From Candidatus Bathyarchaeota archaeon (GTDB lineage Archaea > Thermoproteota > Bathyarchaeia > TCS64), in assembly GCA_963771885.1 (NCBI GenBank), contig CAVYVF010000002.1, positions 384,001 to 448,000 on the forward strand: DNA of 64,000 nt, written 5' to 3'. This document shows, piece after piece, positions 29,229-37,983 of the stretch; position 1 is the stretch's first letter; every line of letters starts with the position of its first letter. The notes under the pieces are model-generated. The model did not search any database. It was not told where the DNA came from and saw only the letters and a program-made list of their open reading frames with translations. The translations under genes were made by a program, and so were the position numbers.

Positions 29229-30317
29229 CTATGCCTCCCGATTCCTGGAACGGCTCCTCTCAGGATCCCCAGCTGATGCATTCATGGCGTCAGAGGCGTC
29301 AAAACCTGTATCTGTGACGGGTACCATATTTCCCAATACTCGCGTGATGAGGGTTTCGGGTTTCTCCCTCCTTTTCGTAATCTTCCTCAGTTCCTCGATT
29401 ACCGGGAAGTACTTCATGTCATCTGAGTGTTTCGTCTCCCACGTCTCTTCAACGACTTCATACGGGTACCACTCAAGCAGCTTTTCGAAGAGGAGCGACG
29501 ATACTAATACAATTTTATCCACGGACACTGGTTTGGCCCGCATCGCCTGAGGGGCCACCGGCCCACCTTTACGGGGTTTCAACGCAGCCTCAGTGGGGGA
29601 TAGTATTGCCCCGCTACTCTCCACCTCATGGTGCAGGCTGCCCTGATGATCGCCGCTTGCATGCGCCGCGGATTCGGCTTTCACTGGGCCGGATCCTGTG
29701 GTAGAGTGTGGACCCTTGCGCCTGGACAGCTCCTCTCTGAGCCACCTCGTCGATCGCCCCTCCTCGATGGTCTTCCTCAGGATTTCGGAACGTTCCGAAA
29801 GAGAAAATCTGCCTAGGACCACCGCCTTGTACAGAGTCAGTTCACCCCTCTCGAACGCGTTCCTCAGGTCCCTATCCATGTCGAAAGTGCTCAACATGTC
29901 GTAGACCCTGTCTACGCCACAGTGGTACAACTCGGCAATCTTCTCCACAGAGTAGTCGTCGCTAGTCTTGAGGGCATACATCTGGCAAGCGACTTCGAAG
30001 TCGCTGAGGTTCTCCCTAAGGCTGTTGTCCGCGATATTGATCATAAGCGCCTCGTGAAATGTGATGCCTTCGTAGACATCAGCGGTAATGCTGGTTGAGC
30101 CGAGAGTAATGACTGCTTGGGTTCTCTGCCACCCCGCTATGATTGTGTATGAGTCGCCCTGCTTCCACAGTTTGACGGGGTTGAGTAGCCCAGCCTCGGA
30201 GATGCTGTCCATCTTCTTTTTTAACGCTTCTGATTTGAAGCTTTTACGAAACTTGAACCTGGTGTCGGCCAAGTCGATCTTGCCGACTGGTACTTCACAT
30301 CTTAACGGTGCTTTCAT
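29229..30317 (-). CDS. ParB/Spo0J-family protein
   Basis: GLLNPV, IIAGWQR, NIADNSLRENLSDFE, HTH (SVEKIAELYHCGVDRVYDML), AFERGELTLYKA. Confidence 0.85.
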   Translation of the reverse strand: MKAPLRCEVPVGKIDLADTRFKFRKSFKSEALKKKMDSISEAGLLNPVKLWKQGDSYTIIAGWQRTQAVITLGSTSITADVYEGITFHEALMINIADNSLRENLSDFEVACQMYALKTSDDYSVEKIAELYHCGVDRVYDMLSTFDMDRDLRNAFERGELTLYKAVVLGRFSLSERSEILRKTIEEGRSTRWLREELSRRKGPHSTTGSGPVKAESAAHASGDHQGSLHHEVESSGAILSPTEAALKPRKGGPVAPQAMRAKPVSVDKIVLVSSLLFEKLLEWYPYEVVEETWETKHSDDMKYFPVIEELRKITKRREKPETLITRVLGNMVPVTDTGFDASDAMNASAGDPERSRSRNREA

Positions 30318-30628
30318 ATGCCGTCGGCAAGGGGGCGCCAGAAAATCAGTTTATAAAACTTTCTATATATACACAAGGGCTAACCACCCTCGGTAAAGTC
30401 GTCACTTTACATCAAGAAATAGAATTACGACAGGTGCGCGCTGGCTCGTCCTTAATAGACATAAACCTAAAATCATCGAAATATTAGAGTAAACTCACCA
30501 CACAGCTGACCCAATCAGCTAAACCAAGCCCACCCAGCCAGCATAACAACCCACGGAAAACGAACGAACCCACACAGACATGCACGCTAACCGATACGAT
30601 TTAAGCACGCATAGCCATGTAAGACACC

Positions 30629-31333
30629 ATGTCAACCCAGGTAGTTGAGATAAAGGAACTCAGATCCCTAGAGAAGGGGAGCTATAGGGCGGTCTTCGGA
30701 TTAGCAGGTGCCGGTTTTATCGGTAACACATCAGCCATGTTCGCCGCGAGGTCGAAGGCGTACAAACAGATAGCCTGGGTGAAATCGAGCTACATACCCC
30801 CGATGACGCTGATAACGAACGGAGCACCGATGCAGTCATTCAGGATACACATCGACGAGTCGGAGAAGATCATCTTCGTGATCACTGAGAGCCTCATTCC
30901 GGCGGAAGGGTGCTGGCCGATCGCTGAGGCACTGACGACCTGGTTAAAAGGGAAGGGAGTTCAGGAGATGTACTCAGTCGACGGGCTGCCGTTCGCTAAC
31001 ACGCCGGTTGGGGTCAAGGCGTACACATATAGCTCAAAGATCGATATCTCGAACCTTGGCTTCCTCTCCCTGAAGGAGGGCGCCCTATCGGGAATTAACT
31101 CATGTATTCTAGAGGAATGCGCTGAGAAGGGCTACCCCTACGCCAGCATATTCATCCCTACGAACAAGCTGACGAGTATAGACTATTTGGGCTCAGCCGA
31201 CGCCGTCGACGTTATGAACCGGTTCTTCAAGCTCGGCGTTGACCCATCACCTCTCAGAGGATCGGATGAGGCACTTAAGAAAATGGCCGAACAGAGACAG
31301 TCAGGCATCGGTAAGATGTTTACGAAAAGCTAG
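30629..31333 (+). CDS. PAC2 family (proteasome assembly chaperone-like) protein
   Basis: FGLAGAGFIG, SYIPP, SVDGLP, LSGINSCIL. Confidence 0.75.
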   Translation: MSTQVVEIKELRSLEKGSYRAVFGLAGAGFIGNTSAMFAARSKAYKQIAWVKSSYIPPMTLITNGAPMQSFRIHIDESEKIIFVITESLIPAEGCWPIAEALTTWLKGKGVQEMYSVDGLPFANTPVGVKAYTYSSKIDISNLGFLSLKEGALSGINSCILEECAEKGYPYASIFIPTNKLTSIDYLGSADAVDVMNRFFKLGVDPSPLRGSDEALKKMAEQRQSGIGKMFTKS

Positions 31334-31695
31334 CCTTGTTGTTGGGGTAACCCGAGCTCCTTCTGCAGCGTTTCCTGCAGTCCTTGGAGTTTTTCCTTCG
31401 TTTTATCCTCCTGTTTCTCGAGGACCTTAGCTCTCATCTCGAGAAAGTCCTTACGGTCGGTGAGTTCCTTGATGACAGATGCCTTATCCTTCTCGACGAG
31501 GACTGCGCCGACGGACTTGTATACCTTTGCGCCTTCAGGCGTCTCCCCTAGTGTGGCGAGCGCCCTCTCTGTTTCTGCCTTTTCGGCCTCAAGCCTCTGC
31601 TTCTGGGCGAGTAGCTGCTGCATGGTGTTCTGTAGCTGCTGGAGACGGCCTATCCGCTCCTGTACATTCGGGGGAAGCTGACTGAGGTCAGACAT
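31330..31695 (-). CDS. pfdB: Prefoldin beta subunit
   Basis: Coiled coils flanking VYKSVGAVLVE. Confidence 0.93.
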   Translation of the reverse strand: MSDLSQLPPNVQERIGRLQQLQNTMQQLLAQKQRLEAEKAETERALATLGETPEGAKVYKSVGAVLVEKDKASVIKELTDRKDFLEMRAKVLEKQEDKTKEKLQGLQETLQKELGLPQQQG

Positions 31696-31750
31696 ATGGA
31701 TTCGTCTGTGTAGGTCGCGTCCTCACCCTTATATTTATCTGAGGAGCCAG

Positions 31751-32632
31751 CTAGGAGACGGTGACCTCGATCTCTTCGCCCTCGTGCAAGTCGAGTTCGC
31801 CACGCCTCTTTGAAGTCGCCACTAATATCGTCCTACTTTTTGGGGTGAGCATGAAGAAGAGGTCGACTGGTATCAAGCCAATCCTTGAGTCGAAGGCGGT
31901 GCATTCGGCGATGCAGGATCTTGGACTGGTCTTTGTCACGAACCCGATCTGTTTTCCAAGGAGTTTTACACTAGAACACATCTTTGGGGCGTTGACGTGA
32001 GCTCCAAACCACCCATATAGGGGGATTCCACCATCAAGTATCCCGGGGCTGCCTCCAATGTCCGCGACGATCTTGAGGACTTCATTCTTGAGTTGTATCT
32101 GCGCGTATCCTCTACGCGCATACGATACTTTTCCAGCTAATTCCATTGTAGGCTCTAGTTTGTCGAGTTCGAGTAGGCTTTCTATCGGGTAGCCTCCCCT
32201 AACTCTTACGGGATCAGCCGCGGGGCGCACTTCGAGGTGGGTATGTAGCGGGGTCTGGTAACCGAAGTACCCGGAACGGATCATCGGGCCTAAGACGTCC
32301 CCTGCGCATACAAATTCACCAATAGCCAGAACAGTACCTACGTGAAGGATCTTTACAACCCTATCTGGCATCCGTGTGCCAATTATTGTCAATATGTCGT
32401 GGTCTGGGGCTTTGAAGTTTCTACCCGGCGGCGCCTTCACACGCCTAACCTGCAGTATCTCTCCAGAGACGGGTGACTGAGCGGAGCCCTCACTCAGAGC
32501 GTCTGCGTAAATGTCGACGCCGGTCATCAGGCGATGGGAGGGGTAGGGACTGTTGTAGAATGAGTACAGTCCGTCCTCGGGGCAGAAGAGTGTGACATCA
32601 TCCGACGCGGCGACGGGAAGCATTGCCCCCAA
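31751..32632 (-). CDS. Hypothetical protein with M23/LytM-like metallopeptidase motifs
   Basis: H-x5-D (HRLMTGVD), SPVSGEI, LHV...GD.LG, HTHLEVR. Confidence 0.55.
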   Translation of the reverse strand: MGAMLPVAASDDVTLFCPEDGLYSFYNSPYPSHRLMTGVDIYADALSEGSAQSPVSGEILQVRRVKAPPGRNFKAPDHDILTIIGTRMPDRVVKILHVGTVLAIGEFVCAGDVLGPMIRSGYFGYQTPLHTHLEVRPAADPVRVRGGYPIESLLELDKLEPTMELAGKVSYARRGYAQIQLKNEVLKIVADIGGSPGILDGGIPLYGWFGAHVNAPKMCSSVKLLGKQIGFVTKTSPRSCIAECTAFDSRIGLIPVDLFFMLTPKSRTILVATSKRRGELDLHEGEEIEVTVS

Positions 32633-32840
32633 GCAGTATTACCAGCACTTACCATGAAAGGATTAGGGCTCTTATAGTTAATCACCCAACATCCGAGCGG
32701 TATAGGAATCCGTTGAATGTTTACGTCGTATACGACACAAGGACGTCGCTAGGTTTGTCGACTTCTAGACCGTGCAGCGAGGACGGGAAGTACTACGCCC
32801 AAGCGGTGAGGATGGCGACTCTCGAGCCATATGCAATCTA

Positions 32841-33283
32841 TCACTCTAACACCCCGTCTGTGAAAGGTGAGAGCACCGTTGCGGCCGCGGAACGTGCGAG
32901 CGTAGCGTACTTCTTGAGGTCAAGCCTCCCCCGGTGTAATCTGCGGGCTTGACGCGGCGGAAGGGGTTCCGGTTACCGGCGTCCACGTAGACATAGTTGA
33001 CTAGGGTGCCAACGTCGAGGGGTGCATGGTTCATCGATAGCACCTCGGCGGCGACGACGTGGCCGGGGCGGCTCGCGTACTCGAAGGGGGGGGTGACGAA
33101 GGGTGATGAGACTCGCAGATACTCCTCGGGAACACGCCCCTCCATGAGATTCCTTATGGATACCTCCAGTTCCTCGCGTGCCTGTCGGAGGTCTTCGTTG
33201 TGCACGGCGTCGGCGGTGGGTGGGGTGAGTGGGCTCTCTATGACGCGCTGCTGTAGGTGGTTCACGTAGGTGGGCGTGTCGCG
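32841..33283 (-). pseudogene. Family B DNA polymerase (PolB2-like) thumb-domain remnant
   Basis: RDTPTYV..LQ, GHVVAAEVL, GTLVNYVYVD, then frameshift to DLKKYATLARSAAATVL; no upstream polymerase domains. Confidence 0.6.
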
Positions 33284-33357
33284 TGCGGTGTGCGAGCACG
33301 TGATGACACTTTGGGGAACCCCTTTTATGCGTTGGTTTCCCTAATCGATCGACCTTC

Positions 33358-34011
33358 ATGGGCGGAATTTTGGCAGTCGTCTCCCACCCCGACGATGAAA
33401 CTTTCGGTTGCGGTGGAACACTAGCTCTCCACGGCGGGGAATCTACAGTGCTGTGCCTGACATGTAATCCCCGGAACAGGAGCAGTGAGCTGGAGACGGC
33501 GTGCGGGGCTCTCAGCGTCGCTAAACCCATCATTTTTATGGAAGACGACGTCGCCCCGTCGAGGGGGCTCGTGAGGCGGATCGCAGACGTAATCGTGGCT
33601 TCAAGGCCAAACGTCGTAATCACCCATCTGCCCTTCGACTACCACGCCGACCATAGGGCGACCTACAGCGTAGTGAAGGAGGCGATTGAGTGGGCGGCGC
33701 ACACCACCACAAATGAGGAGCCACATCTAGTGAAGCGATTGTTGCTTATGGAGGTGAACACTCTGATACCTAATCCCCACGTGGTCGTCAACATAACGAA
33801 AATGATGAAGAAAAAGATGATAGCTGTTGAGGCCTACCCTACGCAGCTTATCAAGTTTACGTGGGGCTATTATCAGAGGTTCGTCGAGGAAAAAGCGAGG
33901 CTTCGCGGGGCACAGGGCAACTGCGCTTACGCTGAAGCCTTCATTGAGGAGTCGATTGCTGAGAATAGCCCCTTTTACGAGGCGAAGACGACGAGAAACT
34001 TGCTGAGGTGA
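33358..34011 (+). CDS. bshB: PIG-L family deacetylase, probable GlcNAc-malate deacetylase BshB
   Basis: HPDDETFGCGG, HADH, AYPTQ, AYAEAF; adjacent to bshC and bshA. Confidence 0.8.
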   Translation: MGGILAVVSHPDDETFGCGGTLALHGGESTVLCLTCNPRNRSSELETACGALSVAKPIIFMEDDVAPSRGLVRRIADVIVASRPNVVITHLPFDYHADHRATYSVVKEAIEWAAHTTTNEEPHLVKRLLLMEVNTLIPNPHVVVNITKMMKKKMIAVEAYPTQLIKFTWGYYQRFVEEKARLRGAQGNCAYAEAFIEESIAENSPFYEAKTTRNLLR

Positions 34012-35744
34012 TAGTGATGAGTGAGAACCCTCCAGTACACATACTTTACCAGAAGTTCACCGAAAATGACCCAGCTGGGGAGTACGCTCCACAACTTTGG
34101 GGGAGGATCCCAAGAAACATGGCTGAGTGCCATGGTTACCTCGCCGAGATAAGGGCGAAATACGGCACGCCTCCAGCGGAGCTTGAGGACCTGAAGAAGG
34201 CTATGAAGGCACAGATGCGGAGTCTTGGCATACTCACAAAGAAGACCGAGACGCATATAGACACTCTCGACAGGGGTGCCGTTGAAACGGGGCAGCAGCC
34301 AAACTGTCTCGGGGGCCCCAGCTTCATCTTTAACAAGATAACCTATATCGCCACGCTCGCAGGGCTCGGCGGCGGCTACGTTCCCCTCTACTACGTTGGC
34401 GACTACGACAGCGTTCAGGCGGAGCTTATTAACATACGTGTCCCGAGCCCTTCCGCCAAGGGAATGCTGATCACCTACCCCTCATCCTCAGAATATGAGG
34501 GCGCCCCCATCAGGAGGCTGCTAAACCCCGATGAGGAGTGGCTGAGGAAAACACTGGAGAAGGTGGAGAGCAACTACCGAGGCCTCCTCAAAGGCGTCGA
34601 GCCGGCGAGGCAGGAGAAGGTGCTTCAGAACCTCTCCCACATCAATACGATAATCAAGAACTCCTACTATTCTACCGAGAACGTCGCCGACTTCTCAACG
34701 AAGATACTCGGCTCTATCGTTAACTTGGAGGTGGACATGGGTATACCGATGCTCTCAGCCACTCACCCGTCGATCAGGGGCTTCTTCCGGCACGGCTATG
34801 AGGTGCTGCTATCAGAGCCGAACAGGAGCAGCTTCATCAGAGCGTCGAACGACGCAGTCGACCTCATCGAGGGGCTCGGCTACAGAGCGCAGATAGGTAA
34901 AAGGGGGATGGACTACGTGCCTTTTTTCCTTGAGTGCCAGACGCCGAGCTGCTACGGCAGCAGAGTCGAGCTGAAGTATCATATTAACGGTTCAAATGCG
35001 AGCGTCGAGGGTAAGTGCCAACGATGCGAGCAGGAATACAGCTACTCGTTCTCGGCTGAGAGACCGGATATTTCGGAGATCGCAGAGATCATTACACCTC
35101 GAGTCGACTCCCGTCAGGTCGTCGTCGACTCCGTCATTCCTGTACTAGCCCATGTCGGTGGACCTGGCGAGACGAGTTACTATGCAGAGGTCATCCCAGG
35201 TATCTCGGGGCTTGACTTAGCCTTCCCCACATTCACGCGATACGCCCGCGTCTTTTATAACACACCGTGGAATGAAATCGCCGGGAAGTCCCTCGAGGCG
35301 AGAGGCTATATAACACTCTCCCGCAGGGAGCTGTTCGATGCGCTAGCCTCGTGGGTTGAGGCAAAGAGGGCGGGAAACCTCGAGGGCACCGCAAAGGCAC
35401 ACGTTGATATAAGGAAGGCTATCGACGAGACCTATACCATGCTGAGCAAGTCGAAGGTGGACGCCGAGGCGGAGGTCAACTCCATTAAGAAGAATCTTTC
35501 AGACCCCTCCACGCGCGCTATCCTAATTCAAGAGATGAAGATTAAGCAGGTGCTGACCGGTGAGTTAGACACCTACTTATCATACGCTTTCGGTCACTTC
35601 GCACCGGAGAAATACGGGCAGGAGGTAAGCTGGACCTGGATCGACCTTGCCCTAACCTCAGGCATCGGGGAGAACGTTGGCATATACAAGAGGCTCTATG
35701 GCGGCAACACACCCAACTCGACGGTCTTTTTCGTTAACCTCTAG
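34008..35744 (+). CDS. bshC: Bacillithiol biosynthesis cysteine-adding enzyme BshC homolog
   Basis: ETGQQPNCLGGP.F..NK, VPLYY, PVLAHVGGPGETSYYAE, coiled coil, PEKYGQE. Confidence 0.82.
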   Translation: MIVMSENPPVHILYQKFTENDPAGEYAPQLWGRIPRNMAECHGYLAEIRAKYGTPPAELEDLKKAMKAQMRSLGILTKKTETHIDTLDRGAVETGQQPNCLGGPSFIFNKITYIATLAGLGGGYVPLYYVGDYDSVQAELINIRVPSPSAKGMLITYPSSSEYEGAPIRRLLNPDEEWLRKTLEKVESNYRGLLKGVEPARQEKVLQNLSHINTIIKNSYYSTENVADFSTKILGSIVNLEVDMGIPMLSATHPSIRGFFRHGYEVLLSEPNRSSFIRASNDAVDLIEGLGYRAQIGKRGMDYVPFFLECQTPSCYGSRVELKYHINGSNASVEGKCQRCEQEYSYSFSAERPDISEIAEIITPRVDSRQVVVDSVIPVLAHVGGPGETSYYAEVIPGISGLDLAFPTFTRYARVFYNTPWNEIAGKSLEARGYITLSRRELFDALASWVEAKRAGNLEGTAKAHVDIRKAIDETYTMLSKSKVDAEAEVNSIKKNLSDPSTRAILIQEMKIKQVLTGELDTYLSYAFGHFAPEKYGQEVSWTWIDLALTSGIGENVGIYKRLYGGNTPNSTVFFVNL

Positions 35745-36849
35745 ATTTCACTGACTCGAAGGTCTCGATGTACTGATTAACGACCTTTTCCGCTGTGTAT
35801 CGCTCAAGGATGGTTTCGCGCGCCTTTTTTCCTAGCTTGTTCCTTAGCTTCTTGTCCCCGTAGAGGCGGAGTATCGCTTGCGCCAGTTCCTCGGGGTGCT
35901 TTGGCGGGACAAGGAGCCCGTTCTCGCCGTCGTCTATTATCTCGTGTACACCACCGACCTTCGTGGATACCATCGGTAGCCCCGTGCTCATGCCCTCTAG
36001 GAGTGTCAGCGGGGCGCTCTCAGTCTCGCTACAGAGGATGCCTATATCGGCGCAACGCATGAGGTTGGGTATGTCGCTTCTAAAACCGGTCATCGTCACG
36101 TTTCGCTGTAGCTTGAGACTGCTGATCAGAGTCTCGACGCCGTGCCTGTCGGGGCCATCGCCAACAAGAGTGAGGTGTGCCTTTGGCTTCTCTTTAACGA
36201 CGATCGCCATCGCATAGACTAAGTCATAGACCCTCTTAACGGGGCGGAAGTTGCTGACGTGGATTATACCGCCGCATTCGTCGCAGCCTGTCTCAACTGC
36301 GTCGCACTCCTTAGGGCTGAAGGCGTCGGCGTCGACGAAGTTGGGTATGACCTTGACCTCGCGCTCGATGCCTAAGCGCTCGTATGCTTCTCTCTGCATG
36401 AACGCGGAGACGGCGGTGACAGCGTCCGCTTTCTCAACATTGTGGTTATTGACTATGTGATAGCTGGGATCGCTTCCGAGGATTGTGACATCGCTACCGT
36501 GAAGAGTGACGACGTAGGGGACGCCGGTTATCTCACGGGCTAAGAAGGCGGCCGTCGCGTGGGGGATAGCATAGTGGACGTTCAGGACGTCTAGCTTCTC
36601 CTCTTTGGAGACGCGCGCCATTTCGGAGCCGAGCGCCACCGTATAGGGTGGGTATTTGAATAGGGGGTACTCTAGGACGTTGACGAGGTGGATGTGGACG
36701 TTCTCCTGGTCTATGCCTTGTACGGCGAATGGACGTTCATAGGTAATGAAGTGGACATCGTGTCCTCTCTTGGCGAACTCGACGCCGAGGCGTGTTGCGA
36801 GTATCCCGCTGCCGCCTACTCCTGGGTAACATGTGATGCCAATTCTCAA
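35734..36849 (-). CDS. bshA: N-acetyl-alpha-D-glucosaminyl L-malate synthase BshA (GT4)
   Basis: IGITCYPGVGGSGILAT, YPLFKYPPY, HYAIPHA, TLHGSDVTILG, HVSNFRPVKR. Confidence 0.95.
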   Translation of the reverse strand: MRIGITCYPGVGGSGILATRLGVEFAKRGHDVHFITYERPFAVQGIDQENVHIHLVNVLEYPLFKYPPYTVALGSEMARVSKEEKLDVLNVHYAIPHATAAFLAREITGVPYVVTLHGSDVTILGSDPSYHIVNNHNVEKADAVTAVSAFMQREAYERLGIEREVKVIPNFVDADAFSPKECDAVETGCDECGGIIHVSNFRPVKRVYDLVYAMAIVVKEKPKAHLTLVGDGPDRHGVETLISSLKLQRNVTMTGFRSDIPNLMRCADIGILCSETESAPLTLLEGMSTGLPMVSTKVGGVHEIIDDGENGLLVPPKHPEELAQAILRLYGDKKLRNKLGKKARETILERYTAEKVVNQYIETFESVKSRG

Positions 36850-36907
36850 AGATGCGCCTCCTAACAACTAGCGGATATAGAAAGGTGAAATAAAAAGGGG
36901 TGGGCGC

Positions 36908-37366
36908 CTACTTTGTGCCCTTCATCCTCTTCTCGACGCCGAGGATGGCCGCGATCTGGCCCTCATGATGGATGATCTCACTCGTCATCAGCATGAGGTA
37001 GAACTCGCGTGGTTTCTTCCCGGCCCAAGCCTCGACTGGCTCGTCGAGCTGCTCGTTTGTCAGCTTATTCAGGCCGGCGTTGAGCTTCCTGTGCCCTTTG
37101 GCGATGTCGGCGAGTATCTTCTCCTGTTTGTACTTGGGGTTACCGACGTAGTCCTTTGGCCAGTCCTTCGGTTGCTCCGAGCCGAGGAACTTTGGCATGT
37201 AAACGTTCAGCTCCTCGCTCAGGTGGGTGAGTATCCACCTGATCGTGTTAGCCTGCGTGCAGCTCTTCCAATCGATCTGTTCGGGCTTCAGGTTCTTCGT
37301 GGCGCTCTCGAGCCTGTCGAACCCAATCTGTGCGAAGTCCTTTATCATCTTCGTCTTGACTGTCAT
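36908..37366 (-). CDS. DinB/YfiT (S-transferase-like) family protein
   Basis: NTIRWILTHL, EIIHHEGQI. Confidence 0.85.
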   Translation of the reverse strand: MTVKTKMIKDFAQIGFDRLESATKNLKPEQIDWKSCTQANTIRWILTHLSEELNVYMPKFLGSEQPKDWPKDYVGNPKYKQEKILADIAKGHRKLNAGLNKLTNEQLDEPVEAWAGKKPREFYLMLMTSEIIHHEGQIAAILGVEKRMKGTK

Positions 37367-37447
37367 CGGATCACCAGAATCCGAGTTTTATCTCTGATTC
37401 AATGTGTATATAATACTACCCCTAAAAAGGGGTGTTTTCGGAGTTTT

Positions 37448-37938
37448 TCAGCACTTGAAATCGGGGTCTGCGGCCTTAAGGCGCTTGACCGTACCGCGGA
37501 TGTAGGCAATCTGGCCCTTGTGATGGACGATCTCGCCAATGTATGCGAAGAGACCTATCTTCCTCTTCTTGGTGCCGCCCCAGAGCGGAATCTCCTCCTC
37601 TAGCTGGGCGTCGGTCAGCTTGGCGATGCCGTCGAGAGTCACCTTCTTCCCCGCGGCGAGGTCCGCCCTGTACTTGTCGAGGCTGTAGTGCTGCTCCTTG
37701 TAGTCGTCGGGCCAGTCAGAGGCTTGTAGTTTGGATCCCCCTTAATTATACGAGGGAGCGCCGTGTTGCTTATCCTGCAGAGGTGGTTGACTATCCACTC
37801 TATGCTATTTGACTCCTCGGTCATCTGATAGTTCGCCTCGTCCATCTCAAGTCCCTTGAGCTGCTCCTCGAGGGAGTTATAGTGGTACTCGGCATACTCC
37901 TTCAAAATCTGTGCTTTCGCTGACAAGTTGTTCACCAA
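37448..37938 (-). CDS. DinB/YfiT family protein (1-nt frameshift near 37721)
   Basis: NSIEWIVNHL...KP/SDWPDDY...EIVHHKGQIAYI; paralog of the adjacent gene. Confidence 0.82.
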
Positions 37939-37983
37939 GATGGTCTACCTATGTTGGGGGTTATATCGCTTGTTACGATTTAC

